A stretch of 64,000 nt of DNA, from NCBI RefSeq assembly GCF_030144855.1, contig NC_082714.1, forward strand, positions 95,976,001-96,040,000, in the 5' to 3' direction. Below are positions 22,525 to 35,532 of this stretch, in pieces (positions within the stretch are counted from its first letter, which is position 1; the number at the start of each line of letters is the position of its first letter). Both the position numbers and the translations under genes were made by a program. Source of the stretch: Hypanus sabinus (taxonomy: Eukaryota). The notes below the pieces were generated by a model. The model did not search any database. It was not told the DNA's origin and saw only the letters and a program-made list of their open reading frames with translations.

Positions 22525-25500
22525 AAGTTTAAAGTACTTCCAGGGCAGTGAGCCCGAAGTTGCAGGAGGCGCGTAGCTGGGTGACTGTCAGGAGAAATAG
22601 AAATTGGCAGTTAGAGCAGAGCACCCCTGTGGCCATTCCCCTCAAAAACAAGTATACTACTTTCGATACTTTTGTGGGGGTTGAGCTCCCGGCAGAAGGT
22701 CGCGGTGACCCGGTTACAGGCACTGAGCATGGGTTAGTGATGCAGAAAAAAAGAGAGAGAAGAAGGGAGCGGTAGTGATCGGGGAACTCGATAGTCAGGG
22801 GAACAGACAGGATGTTCTGTGGACGTGAACGGAAATCCCTAACCCTCCCAGGTGTCAGGGTTAGCAGCTGATGTCGCAGATGGCGTCCAGAACATTTTGG
22901 AGAGGAAGGGCGAGTAGCCAGACGTCTTGGTTCATGGTGTTACCAATAAAATAGGAAGGAAAAGCAATGAGGTCTTGAAAAGGGAATTCAGAGAGCTAGG
23001 CAGAAAGCTGAGATGCAGGACCATGCGGGTAGTGATTTCTGGAGTACTGCGTGAACCACGCGCTCCTGAAGGTAGACATAGGATGATTTGATAGATAAAT
23101 GCGTGGCAGAGAAGCTGATGCAAGGGTGTGGCTTCAGGTTCTTGGAAAATTGAGATCTGTTCCCGGGAAGGTATGAACTGTTTAAAAGTGACGGGTTGCA
23201 CCTGAGCCCAAGTAGGGCCAATATTCTCGCGGGCTGGTTTGTTTGGGCTGTTGCGGAGGGTTTAATGTCAGTGGGTGGATCCAGACTAAAGAACGGGATA
23301 GGACGGATAGGACGGATGGTAAAAAGGAAAAGTTAGCGTGCATTCAGAGGGGCAAGCAGGGATCGGATTTCGCTGCAGCAACCTAATCTCAGAAAAGACT
23401 GCAAATACGGTACTCAAGGTGTTGTATCTAACTGCATGTAGTATAACAAACGAAGTGGATGCTCATGTTGAAATATTGCCGATTGCCAGGTATGATGTTG
23501 TGGCCATCCCTGAGTCGCGGCTGAAGGATGGTAAACACGAAGAAATCTGCAGATGCTGAAAATTCAAGCAACACACACGAAATGCTGGTGGAATGCAGCA
23601 GGCCAGGCAGCATCTATAGAAAGAAGCGCTGTCGACGTTTTGGGCCGAGACCCTTCGTGAAGGATGGTTGTAGTTGGGAGCTGAATGTCCAACATTACAT
23701 CGGAGTGATAGGAAGGTAGGCAGAGGGGGTGGTATATGGCTCTGCTGGTAAAGAATGGCATCAAATCAGTAAAAGATGTGACGTAGGATCAGAAGATGTT
23801 GAATCGTTGTGGGTTGAGTTAAAACACTACAAGGGTGGGGATGTGAACAAATCAGCAACAGCGTACGTTTCTGGGGAAAATGAGGAAGTTTCAGGAGATG
23901 TGTATTCCAAAAATGAAGAAATACTCAAATGGTAAAATAGTACAACGGCGGTTGGCAAGGGAAGTCAAACCTACTGAAAAAAGCAAAAGAAACAGCATAT
24001 ACCAAAGCAAAAAGAATAGTGGGAAGATATAGGATTGGGAAGGTTTTAAAAGCTGCAGAGAGCAACTAAAATTAATTAGAAAATAAAAGATGAAATATGG
24101 AAGGAAGCTAGCAAATAATATCAAAGTGGACAGTAAAAGTTTTTTTCAAGTGTGTTAAAAATAAAAGAGAAATGGAGGTGGATATAGGACTGATAGAAAA
24201 TGAGACAGGAGAAATAATAACGGGGAACAAGGAGATGACTGATGAACTAAATGAGTATTTTGTGTCGGTCTTTACTGTGGAAGGCACTAGCAGTATGTCT
24301 GATGTTGTAGCGTGTGAAGAAAGAGAAATGGGTGCAATTACTGTTATAAGAGAGAAGGATCTGAAAAAGCTGAAGGACCTAAAGATACATTAATCACCCG
24401 GACCTGAGGAATTGCCCCCATCGTTCTGAAAGAGGTAGCGTTAGAATTTGTCGTGGAATTGGAAATGATCTCCCAAAAAATCATTCGACTCTGGCACAGT
24501 GCTAAAATAATTTGAGGATATTACAAGTGGGATAGATAAAGGGGGTGCAGTGGATGTTGCATATTTGGACTTTCAGAAGGCCTGTGATAAGGTGCCACAC
24601 ATGAGGTTGTTTACTAAGTTAAAAGTCCATGGTATTGCAGGAATTTTACTATCACGATCAGAGTATTGACTGATTCGTAGGAGGCAGCAAGTGGGAATAA
24701 AAGTATCCCTTTCTGGTTGGCTACCAGTGCCTAGTGGTGTTCCACAAGAGTTGTTGTTGGGACAACTTCTTTTTCTGCAGTGTATAAATGATTTAGATGA
24801 TGGACTAAATGGTATTGTTGCCGAGTTTACAGATGATACAAAGATGCAGGGACAGGTAGTATTGAGGACAGAGATAGGATGCAGAAGGACTTAGACAGAT
24901 TAGGAGAATGGGCAAGAAAGTCCCAAATGAAATACAATGTTGGAAAATGCATGGTCGTGCACTTTGCAAGTAGAAATAAATGTGCGGACTATTTTCAAAA
25001 CGGGGAGAAAATCCAGGAATCTGAAATTCAGAGGGACTTGGAAGTGCTTGTGCAGAGCACCCTGCGAGTCACCATGCAGGTGGAGTCGGTAGTGAGGAAA
25101 GCATATGTCATATTAAATTTCATTTCAAGATGTCTAGAATACAAGACTAAGAATGTACGCTGAGATTTATAAGGCGCTTAGGAGGCCTCACCTTGAGTAT
25201 TGTGAACTGTTCTGGGGCCTTCATCTTAGAAAAGATGTGTTGGCATTGGACAGGGTCCAAGAAGAGGTTAACAAGGATGATTCCAGGAATGAAAGGGTTA
25301 TCCTCATCATACGTGGAACGTTTGATGGCTCTGGGTCTGCACTCGCGGGAATTCATAATCATGAAAGGGAAATCTCATTGAAACCTTTCGAACTTTGTAA
25401 GGCCTAGACACAGTAGAGATGGAAAGGTTGCTTCCCTTGGTGGGAGAGTCTCGGACAAGCAGACACAGCCTCACCATAGAAGGGCGCCCTTTCAAAACAG

Positions 25501-25770
25501 AGATGCAGAGGAATTTCTATAGGTTAAGGTGGTGAATTTGTGGAACTTGTTGCCACATGCAGCCATGGAGGACAGGTCGTTGGGTGTGTTGAAGGCAGAA
25601 ATTGATAGGTTCTTGTCTGGACCTGGCATCAAAGTTTACGGGGAGAAGGCTGGTACTGGGTGGGGTTCAGGCGCAGACTTCAAAAAGGATTAGACGTGTC
25701 TGAATGGCGGAACAGACTCGATGGGCCAGATGGCCTAATTCTGCTCCTGTGTGTTACGGTCTCACGGTCA
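22525..25770 (+). mobile_element. CR1 LINE, most of its length, decayed (ORF1 esterase, endonuclease, RT, 3' end)
   Basis: ORF1-like WVTVRRNR...STPVAIPLKNKY and esterase remnants. RT remnants INDLDDGLNGIVAEFTDDTK and MQKDLDRLGEWA. 3' tail at ~25700-25770. Interrupted by a Penelope repeat at ~23530-23665. Confidence 0.85.
23530..23666 (-). mobile_element. Penelope terminal-repeat fragment inserted in CR1
   Basis: aaatctgcagatgctg...gcagcaggccaggcagcatctat...gtcgacgttttgggccgagacccttcg, the same repeat as 19160-19295 in the opposite orientation. Confidence 0.7.
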
Positions 25771-27060
25771 ATGGGGACAGGAGAGGTTCCGGAAGATTGA
25801 AGGGTTTCAGATGTTGTTCACTTATTCAAGAAAGGGATTAGAGATAGATCAGCGTGTCTTACTTCAGTGGTTGGTATGTTGAAGGAAAGGTTACTGAGAG
25901 GCAGGATTAATGAACATATAGAGAGGCATAATATGATTAGGAATAGTCAGTATGGCTTTGCCAAAGGTAGGTCATGCCTTACAAGCCTGATTCAATTTTT
26001 TGAGCATGTTACAAAACGCACAGATGAAGGTAGAGCAGAAGATGTGGTGTACATGGATTTTAGCAGGGCATTTGATAAGGTACAGCATGCAAGGCTTATT
26101 GAGAAAGTAAGGAGGCATGAAAACGAAAGGGACCTTGCTTTGTGGATCCATGATTGGCTTGTCCAGAGAAAGCATAGAGTGGTTGTAAACGGGTCATATT
26201 TTGCATGGAGGTCGGTGACTAGTGATGTGCCTCAGGGATCTGCTCTGAGACCCCTTCTCTTCGTGATTTTTATAAGTGACCTGGATGACGAAGTGGAAGG
26301 ATGGCTTTGTAAATGTTCTGATGACACAAAGGCTGGGGGTGTTGTGGACAGTGTGGAGGGCTGTCAGAGATTACAGTATGAAATCGATAGGATGCAAAAC
26401 TGGCCAGAGAGATGGCAGATGAAGTTCAACCCAGATAATTTTGAAGTGGTTCATGTTGGTAGGTCAAAGATGATGGCAGAATATATTATTAATGGTAAGG
26501 GACTTGGCAGTGTGGTGGATCAGAGGGATCGTGGGGTCCGAGTCCATAGGACACTCAAAGCTGCTGTGCAGGTTGACCCTGTGGTTAAAAGGGCATACGA
26601 TGCATTGGCCTTCATCAATGGTGGGATTGATTTCAAAAACCGAAAGGTAATGTTGCAACTATACAATACCCTGGTCTGATCCCACTTGGAGTACTGTTCT
26701 CAGTTCTTGTCACCTCACTACAGGAAAGTGAGGAAACTTTAGAGTTGTATAAGATGATGAGAGGCTTTGATCTTGTGGATAGCGTGGATAGCCGTTCTCC
26801 CAGAGCGGAAATGGCCAACAGGAGAGGACACAGTTTTAAGGTGCTTTGAAGTAGGTACAAGGGAGATGTCAGGAGTAAGTTTTTTTTACACAGAGAGTGA
26901 TGAGTGCGTGGAATGGGCTGCCAGCGACGGTTGTGGAGGCGGATACGATAGAGCCCTTTAAGAGACTGCTGGATAGGTACATGGAGCTTAGAAAAATAGA
27001 GGGCTATGGGTAACCTTAGGTAATTTTTAAAGTAGGTACATGTATGGCACAGCAATGTGG
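25770..27060 (+). mobile_element. CR1 LINE, RT plus 3' end
   Basis: ORF 25867-26679: SQYGFAKGRSCLTSLIQFFE...VVYMDFSRAFDKV...VPQGS.L.PLLF...DDTK. Confidence 0.92.
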
Positions 27061-27279
27061 GCTATCAGACATGAAACTGCTTAACAAATTATGAGTCAAT
27101 GGTGTTGAAGGAAGGATTCTCGCATGGAGAAAGCATTGGCTGATTAGCAGGAGGCAAAGAGTGGAATTAATTGAGCCTTTTCTGTTAAGGAAGATGGAGA
27201 CTAGTGGTGTTCCAAAGGAGTCACTGATGGGACCGATTCATTGTACGTTATAATTTAATGACTTGGATGAAGGAATTGT

Positions 27280-27627
27280 TGTTACATGAGCGTGGCGGTA
27301 GACGAACTCAAGTGCAGAACACAGGCGCAGAGGCAGAGTCGGGAGGCGTTATTAACGTAGCGAGCGTGTAGTCGGTATCCAGGCGCGATGCTAGACTTAG
27401 AACTGGCAGTCCTAAGAACCATGAAACGAGGTTACTCACACGGGAGTCGACCAAAGGACTGGCAGCTCCTTGTTGTGGTCACGGGGTTTTTATACTGTAT
27501 TTGTTGATGGGAAGCAGGTATTTGTAGTTAGTGGAACCTGGGAATGATTGGAAACTAAACAAGATGATTTGAGGCCCAATTCCTGAGATAAATAGCCAGG
27601 TGGGCGATTACCAGAAGGGACATGACA
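27280..27627 (-). repeat. Gypsy 3' LTR (348 bp)
   Basis: tgttac...catgaca, homologous to 31809-32170. TATAAAAA on the minus strand at 27494-27487. A degenerate polypurine tract lies just inside. Confidence 0.92.
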
Positions 27628-30600
27628 GTACACCTTCATCAATGGGACCTTCCAGTCGATTCTCCAGGCCTGTCTGGATGGTCCCGAAGAAAATCCTGAA
27701 TGAGGGAAGGGTCTAGGATGAAGGAGCGGGGAACCCAGGAACGCTCTTCTGGACCGTACCCTTCCCAATCTACCAGGCGTTGGAAACCCCTGCCCCTACA
27801 GCGCAGATCCAGTAGTCTTCGGACGCTATATGCCGGATGGTTGTCGATGATACGGGCAGGTGGGGGAGTCTCAGCCGGAGGACACAAAGGGCTGACGGAG
27901 ACTGGCTTTAACTGGGAAACATGAAAAGTCGGGTGGATGCGCATCGATCTTGGTAGTTTTAGCGGACAGCTGCGGGATTGATAGCACTTTCGACCTTGAA
28001 TGGTCCCAAGAAGCGAGGGGCGAGCTTCCTATGCTCGTTCTTCAGCGGGACGTCCTTGGATGAAAGCCACACACCATCTGCCCCGGTTGGTACTCAGGCG
28101 CCGGAGTCCGGTGTCGGTCAGCCGTCTTCTTATTGGGTTTACGTGATCTGAGTAGGGCCGTGCGTGTCTCCTCCCACACGTTAAGGCACCGATCGATATG
28201 GTCCTGAACCGGTGGTACCGCAATCTCCTCTTCCTGCGCAGGGAACAGTGAGGGTTGGTACCCCAGGAACACTGGCCGAGCTCACCAGAGAGTTGTGGCG
28301 TTCTCAACCCACGGGAGGTGGTCGCTCCTGGTCGACGGGTTGTTTGCCGTTAGCCAACGTAGCGTCACCTCCAGGTCTTGGTTGACCCGTTCCGTCTGCC
28401 TGTTCGTCTGGGGGTGGAAACCGGATGACAAGCTGACCGATGCACCTACGGCTTGACAGAAAGCCTTCTATACCTGTGAGACGAACTGAGGACCTCTATC
28501 GGAGACGATGTCTGCGGGGATTCTGTGAAGGCGGAAGAGATGACGGACGAGAAAATCTGCGGTTTCTTGAGAGGAAGGGAGTTTAGGTAGCTAAACGAAG
28601 TGCACCGCCTTGGAGACCGGCCGACCACGGTGAGTACAGTGGTGTTGCCATGTGAAAGGGGTAGACCGGTGACGAAGTCCACAGCGATGTGTGACCAGGG
28701 ACGACTAGGGACAGGTAGAGGACGAAGTAAACCCGCAGGTGGCCGATTAGAGGCTTTTCCCCGGGCACAGATGGAACATGCCGAGACATAGGAGCGGGTA
28801 TCGGCCTCCATGGACGGCCGCCAAAAGTGTTTCTTCAGGAGCGCTAGGATCAGATCACTCCCGGGGTGGCAGGCGAACCGAGACGTGTGCCCCCATTGAA
28901 GAACCTGGGACCTGACGGTAACCGGCACTTACAGGCGATCGCCGGGTCCTTTGCCGGGGTCGGAGTCATTCCGTTGGGCTTCTTTTACTTTCGACTCGAT
29001 TTCCCAAGTGAGGGTGGCAACCACGCAGGGTGGTGGGAGGATAGTCCCTGCGCTGGAAGTGTCCTCTTTGGAGTCGTATTGACGGTAGAGCGCGTCCGGC
29101 TTCCCGTTCTTGGACCCCGGACGGTATGTGAGGGAAGACTTGAACCGTCCAGAAAATAACGCCCAACGGGCCTGGCGGGAGCTCAAACGTTTGGCAGTCT
29201 GAATATACCCCGGGTTTTTATGATCAGTCCATCCTACAAACGATTGTTCTGCCCCCTCCAGCCAGTGCCTCCATTATTCCAATGCTAGTTTGACTGCCAG
29301 GAATTCCCGATTCCCCACGTCGTAATTCCGCTCGGCGGGGAACAGTCGGCGAGAACAGAAGGCGCATGGGGTGAAGCTTTTCGTCCGAACTTGATCGTTG
29401 GGACAGGACTGCTCCTATCCCGGAGTCAGAGGCGTCCACCTCGACACGGAATTGACAGGCTGGGTCCGGATGGACCAGGATGGGAGTGGTGGTGAAACGC
29501 CTCTTTAGATTGGTGAACGCCGAGTCAGTTTCAGTCCCAACAGAAGGGAGTAGTAGGCGAGGTAAGCCGGGTAAGGGAGGCCACCACTCGACTATAGTCT
29601 CTGATAAATCGGCGGTCGAAATTTGCAAACCCCGGGAATCGTTGAAGTTGTTTGCGGATCGTGGCCCTAGGCCATTCCTCCACTGCCCGGATCTTCCCGG
29701 GCTCTGCTCTCACCTGCCCGCACTCGATGACATAACCTAGGAAGCTGACCGAAGGAACGTGGAACTCACATTTCTCCGCCTTCACTAATAATTGGTTTTC
29801 CCACAGTCTCTGGAGGACTTGACGGACATGGTGAACGTGTTCTTGAGGGGTGCTAGAAAATATCAGGATATCATCGAGGTAAACGAATACGAACTTATTA
29901 ATAAAGTCCCTCAGTACGTCATGAATTAGGGTTTGAAAAACGGCGGGAGCATTAATGAGGCTAAACGGAATGACGAAATATTCGAAGTGGCCCAGAGGGA
30001 TATTAAAGGCCGTCTCCCACTCGTCCCCCACCCTCACCCTGACTAGGTGGTATGCGTTCGGAAGGTCCAGCTTTGAGAAAATGGTGGCTACATGCAGTGA
30101 TTCAAAAGCCGCACTAATGAGGGGTAAAGGGTACTTATTCTTAACGGTTATACTGTTTAGGCCTCAGTAATCAATACAAGGACGAAGCGATCCGTCCCTT
30201 TTCCACAAAGAAGAAACCGGCTCCTACCGGGGAAGATGAAGGCCTGATAATGCCCGCCGCGAGGGATTCACTGATGTACTTCTCCATGGCCTCTCTCTCC
30301 GGTCGGGATAGGTTTAAAAGGCGACTGGTGGGTAGCGAGGCCCCGGGGAGAAGGTCGATTACACTATCATATGGGCGGTGAGGAGGCAAGGAAAGAGCCC
30401 GTTGTTTACTGAATACTGGTCCCAGGTCGTGGTACTGTGTGGGGACTCGGGACAAATCTAGGTGTTCCAGGACAGGCGGGGTCGCGGTAGCTTCCCTGGG
30501 TGATGGGTTGACCGCAGACAGTTGGCGTGGCAAGATTGGCTCCTTTTGGCTATCCTCCCGGTAGACCAGTCGATGTGGGGATTGTGCTGGGTCAGCCATG

Positions 30601-31808
30601 GGTACGCTAGAACTACCGGGGCTTGAGGTGAACGAATGAGACTGGACCTTACCTCCTCCTGGTGGGTGCCGGATAGGATCAAGTTCAGAGGAGGTGTACA
30701 GTGGGTCACCCGAGCCTGCCGTTTTCCGTCCAGGGTCTGGGCCTCCAGGGGTGTAGTTAGCGGCTCGCGTATTCCAGCCTGGGAGGCTATGTCCTCGTCC
30801 AGCAGATTGCCCTCGGCACCGGAATCCACCAAAGCGGAAAGGGACAGAGACTGTCGTTGGTAATTCACGGTGGCCGGGATCTGCATCCGAGTCCCGGGGG
30901 CTAAAGGGAGTGTCGTCGGACTCACCAGCACAGTAGGAGCGGGAGCTCGGCGGGGAACGGAAAGGGAAGGGGGGTTAGGACTGGTTGAAAAAGGTAAGGT
31001 GGACCGTGAGATGGCCCGAGAAACGGGGTAACCGGTCGTCTCTCTCAGTCGTTCTCGGAGTCGGTTGTCCAGCTTGATAGCTAGAGAGAACACTGAATCC
31101 AGGCTGTTAGTGTCATCCCCAGCCGTCAGCTCCTCCTTTACCTTGTCACATGGGCCTTGTCGGAATACCTGCTGGAGTGCCTCATCAATCCAGCCCGAGT
31201 CGGCCGCTAGCGTCCGGAACTCCACGGAGTATTCGGCAAAACTGCATGAGCCTTGACGGAGGGTGAGTAGACGCTTAGCGGCATCTTTACCACGGACGGG
31301 ATGGTCAAAAATCTTCCTTATTTCTGAGATGAATGTGGGGAAGGAAGAGCAGGTCCCTGGCTGATTATCCGAAATCGCGGTGGCCCATTCCTAGCAACAG
31401 CCCCATAATGTAAGCTATTTTTGATCTGTCCGTGGCGTGCGTGGATGGCTGCTGCTCGAACACCAAGGAGCATTGCAGTAGAAAAGCCCGGCACTTCCCC
31501 AGGTCTCCGGCGTAGGGTTCTGGTTCAGGTACGTGCGGCTCACTTGGCGGACGTGTTGTTGACGCATCGGGCGTCGCCACTACAGGCTGTCCGGGCTGGT
31601 CAGACAGAGTTCCCGGAGTTGACGGGGTGAGATGCGCGATACTCTGTCGACCTGTTCACTGACCTTTCTTACGTCCATTGACAGGGAACGGAGGTTCTCC
31701 ATGACGTCGCGGAGCAGCTGATCGTGCAAGCCCAGTAGGGAGCCCTGACTGGCGAGGGCTTGTTGCAGGGGATTTGTGGCCGCTGGGTTCATTATGGCCA
31801 GATCGTTC

Positions 31809-32170
31809 TGTTACTCAAGGGTGGCGGTGGACAAACCCAAGTGCAGAACACGGGCGTAGAGGCAGAGTCGGGAAGCGTTATTAACGTAGCGAGCGTGGAG
31901 TCGGTATCCAGGCGCGATGCTAGACTTAGAACTGGCAGTCCTAACAACCATGAAACGAAGTTTCTCACAGCGGAGTCGACCAACGAACTGCCAGCTCCTT
32001 GTTGTGATCATAAGGATCCTTGTTGTGATCAAATATCCTGTATTTGCTGATGGAAAGCAGGTGTGTGTGGTTAGTGGAAACTGCAAACGATTAGAAACCA
32101 AACGAGGAGACTGAGGCCCAATTCCTGAGGTAAATAGCCAGGTGGGCAATTGCCAGAAGGGACCATGACA
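31809..32170 (-). repeat. Gypsy 5' LTR (362 bp)
   Basis: tgttac...catgaca. It carries a local ccttgttgtgatca duplication where the other LTR has its TATA box. Confidence 0.92.
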
Positions 32171-33438
32171 ATTGTTGGCTTTGTGGCGGTTTCTCAGAAG
32201 ATGCGAAGATAGTTGGAGGGACAGGTAGTTTTGAGGAATTATAGAGGCTGCGGATTTACTTATCAGATTAGGAGAATCAACAAAGAAGTAGGAAATGGAA
32301 TACGGGGTCGTACACTTTGGTAGAAAAATTAAAAGAGCAGACTATTTTCTTAATGGAGAGAAAATCAGGAATCTGAGCTGCAAAGTGACTTGGGCGTCCT
32401 TGTTCAGGATTGCCTAAAGATTAATTTGCTGTTTGAATCGGAAGGCAACTGCAATGTAAGCATACATTTCGTGACGACTAGAATATAAAAACAATGATGC
32501 AATGTTGCGGCTTTATCAAGCACCCAAAGCCTCATTTGGAGTAGTGTGAGCGGTTTTGGGCCCCTTATGTAATAAAGGGTTTGCAGACTGGAGAGAGTTC
32601 TTAGGGGGTTCACGGAAAAAATTCTGGGATTGAAAGGTTTGTTCTATAAAGAGCGTTTGATGGTTCTGGGCCTGTACTCACTAGAAAACAGAAGAATGAA
32701 TGGCGACCTCATTGAAACATCGAAATTTGAAAACGTCTCACTAGAGTGGATGTGGAGAGGATGATCACTATGTAAGTGAGTCTAAGGCCAGAGAACGCAA
32801 CCCCAGAATAGAGGGGCGTCCTTTTAGGACGGAGTTGAAAAGGAATTTATTTAACCAGAGAGCGGTGAATCAGTGAAATTCGTTTCCGACAGGTGTTTGT
32901 GGAGGACATGAAGGGATACGGGGGAGAAGGCAGGAGATTGGGGCTGAGAGGGGTAAATTAATAGGTCATGATGAAATGGCGTAGCAAGCTCGATATGTCA
33001 AATGGACTAACTCTTCTCCGATATCTTATGTATTATTTTTGCCATATTCGTTCGTTTATCTCTTCAAAATTCCTTTTCCTGGACACAATTTCCCACGCAC
33101 AAAGCCAGATAACTATCCCCAATCATTTCTTGCCTTTCTAAAGGCAGATAGATACTAACCCTTAGAAAAATCCAGCAATAACTTGTCTCTACTGTACTCA
33201 AAGTTACAGGCTTCTAGTTCTTTGGCTCTTTCATTCAGCGCTTTAAAAAGAGCTAAAGTTTTAGCCACACGCTGATCTTATGGTACCTCACCACTCGGTA
33301 GTTATGTTCGAAGACATGGGGGACAAGATGGCGGGGAAGACAAATTGTCAGAAAGGATACGTGACCGTGGTAGCGAGGCTGGGTGAGCACATGGTGTAAA
33401 CGTCGGAGGGCAGCAGAGATCACTAAGGGTGAGTTGAG

Positions 33439-33664
33439 NNNNNNNNNNNNNNNNNNNNNNNNNNNNNNNNNNNNNNNNNNNNNNNNNNNNNNNNNNNNNN
33501 NNNNNNNNNNNNNNNNNNNNNNNNNNNNNNNNNNNNNNNNNNNNNNNNNNNNNNNNNNNNNNNNNNNNNNNNNNNNNNNNNNNNNNNNNNNNNNNNNNNN
33601 NNNNNNNNNNNNNNNNNNNNNNNNNNNNNNNNNNNNNNNNNNNNNNNNNNNNNNNNNNNNNNNN
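33439..33664. other. Assembly gap (226 N)
   Basis: Run of n. The flanks match 3060 and 3185, where the paralog has a GA-rich tract. Confidence 0.99.
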
Positions 33665-34130
33665 TCACAATAAAGAGTTTCTGGAAATGCTGTAAATCTA
33701 CAGCAGCACACGCTGATCATTGGAGGAACTCAGCAGGTCAGACAGCATCTATGGAAATGAATAAACAATCGACGTTTCTGGACGAGGGGTGAGGTCACGT
33801 TTTTATGTGATAGATAAAATCAGGTGGGAAGTAAGGCATATAAGAAGATGAATTTGATAGGCGAGGGGAGAGGCATAGGAAATAGAGAAGACAAAGGGGT
33901 GCCAGGGTGGAGTTGATATGCAGATGAGGATAAGAAGTAACAGTAGGGAATATAAGACGAGGAAAGGGAGTGAAGAAAAGAAAAAAGAAATTACCGGAAG
34001 GAGAAATTGAGCTTCAAGCCATGAGTTGCAGGCGACACGACAGAAAACGATATGTTGCTCCTGCACAGTGATATGGCCTCATCATAGCTAAAGAGACGGC
34101 CATCAACAGACATGCCGCAAACGGAATGGG
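33665..34130 (-). mobile_element. Penelope-like element 3' remnant (paralog of 3185-3655)
   Basis: The minus strand reads QEQHIVF... and, across frameshifts, ...LNFSFR*, resembling the Penelope ORF end EQHLIFRLG...NIDFSNFR. Confidence 0.7.
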
Positions 34131-34417
34131 GGTAAAAACTCAAATGTTTTGTCACCTAGAAAATTCGTTTTTGACGGATGGAGTGCGAACAGAGACCTCC
34201 AACCAGAATAAATCCCAGAAGATTACAGCCCGTTGATTTCTGTGCGCTACAAGTTCTGATCCAAACGGCAATTGCACAGTGAACCCCTCCGTCTTAATCT
34301 CTATATGTCCACATTTTAGAAAAGCCTTAATAAAATACACGTAGACAAACTCCACAGCACTACCTTCAATCACGTTCGGCATCTTTTAGTAGAACTGAAT
34401 TAAGTCATAAGACATAC

Positions 34418-34710
34418 TGTCATGGTCCGGTCCGTTAAGTCCACGTTCCGGTTCACGGTCCGGACCATGGACTCCAGACTCCGGATCTTCCAGCTGTCCC
34501 TAGCTTCATTTGGGCTTAATCATAGGTACCTGATTTCTCGTCTTGTACTGGCAATAGAAGTGGTCCTGGGTTGGAGTGTGGTGGTTGGTTCGTCTCGTCG
34601 GCATCCTGTCCTTTGTGAGGTAAGCCAGGCAGTTACCCTGAGGCTGGACTGTACCCTTCCTTTTCTCTGAAGCCTTGTCTGCTACCCACGCCTGAAGCCT
34701 CGCCGGCAAC
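34418..34710. mobile_element. Probable LTR fragment
   Basis: Begins TGTCATGG, is absent from the paralogous block at ~4290, and interrupts a CR1 fragment. It is followed by (CT)n and C runs at ~34718-34782. Confidence 0.45.
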
Positions 34711-34717
34711 TAACTAA

Positions 34718-34754
<37 letters not shown>

Positions 34755-35187
34755 CTCTCTCTCCCCCCCCCCACCCCCCCCCAAGCCTCCAGTGCTCAGA
34801 GAACAATAACAGGGTAACATCAAGTGCGGGGAATGGGGTGAAATTCCGGTGACGTTACCGAAATTTTTCTCTGAGCTCGTGTGGTCCCCGAAATTATCTG
34901 TCTGTGAGAAGAGCAGGACAAGAAAAATCAAATCTTAAGCACAAGCGTTTTCGGTTCTAACACTCATTGGAGCACAGTATCAGACTTGAAGGGCGGGCAA
35001 CTATGCCGGAATGGCCTCTGTCGATGAGCTCAATGGCCGCATTCTATAAGCAACATTTCACTGATTGTATTATTGCTGCATGTTGATGACGTCTGTCGCA
35101 CAGTGTCTCTGCAGTTCGTTCAGTGTGCGGCGCTGTTCACGGAATGCACAGACTAATGACCTCTTCCACCCTCTCTGTCACACATAA

Positions 35188-35532
35188 GTAGCGAGTCCCT
35201 AGAGATATTGGTCTCCTTCCTCATCCTCCTGAGGAGACTGGCTCGGGATCGGCCGTTCTGTCCATGCCTGGAGAGCGGCATTAATTCGGTCATGGTAACG
35301 CTGCGCTGGACCGTGGATGGAGTCGAGACTGAGAACGCGATGACGGGCAGGCGCCGAGTCCCCGGATACCCAATAAGTCTATAGACTGTGCAGTTACGTG
35401 CGGGTACCCGCCGCTGCCTAGAACGAGAGATCAAATTATCAAAAAAAAAAAAATCCTGCAGCATTAACCACAGCTCAGTGACCTCGCTTCCCCGCAATAG
35501 TCCAATATTTCGCCAGTTGTCTGCTCACGCAG
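35188..35532 (+). pseudogene. Orphan IgL constant-region pseudo-exon, paralog of 61422-61750
   Basis: Collinear with the intact C exon (gtagcgag..., ctgcgctggaccgtggatggagtcgagac, cccgccgctgcctagaac, ctgcagc...cacag). Acceptor AG>AA at 35186-35187, Trp>stop at 35419, A13 insertion at 35441-35453, plus indels. Flanking intron and 3' homology extends from ~34980 to ~36000. Confidence 0.9.

Larger units (their letters stand above)
27280..32170 (-). mobile_element. Full-length decayed Ty3/Gypsy chromovirus-type LTR retrotransposon
   Basis: Two TG...CA LTRs and a 5-bp TSD ATTGT (27275-27279, 32171-32175). Domains: gag (from 31792), protease [18 protein letters not shown], RNase [13 protein letters not shown], integrase H..H..CSIC and HIAVDF, and chromodomain YSVRRLL...[14 protein letters not shown]. 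Many frameshifts. Confidence 0.95.
27065..33030 (+). mobile_element. CR1 RT/3' fragment split by the Gypsy insertion (27065-27279 and 32171-33030)
   Basis: aatgacttggatgaaggaattgt / tggctttgtggcg rejoins to the CR1 motif NDLDEGI.GFVA.F.DD.K. Confidence 0.8.

Noticed and set aside
33439-33664. Gap might hide the missing VJ exon
   Set aside because: The flanks match 3060 and 3185, where the paralog holds only a GA-rich tract.
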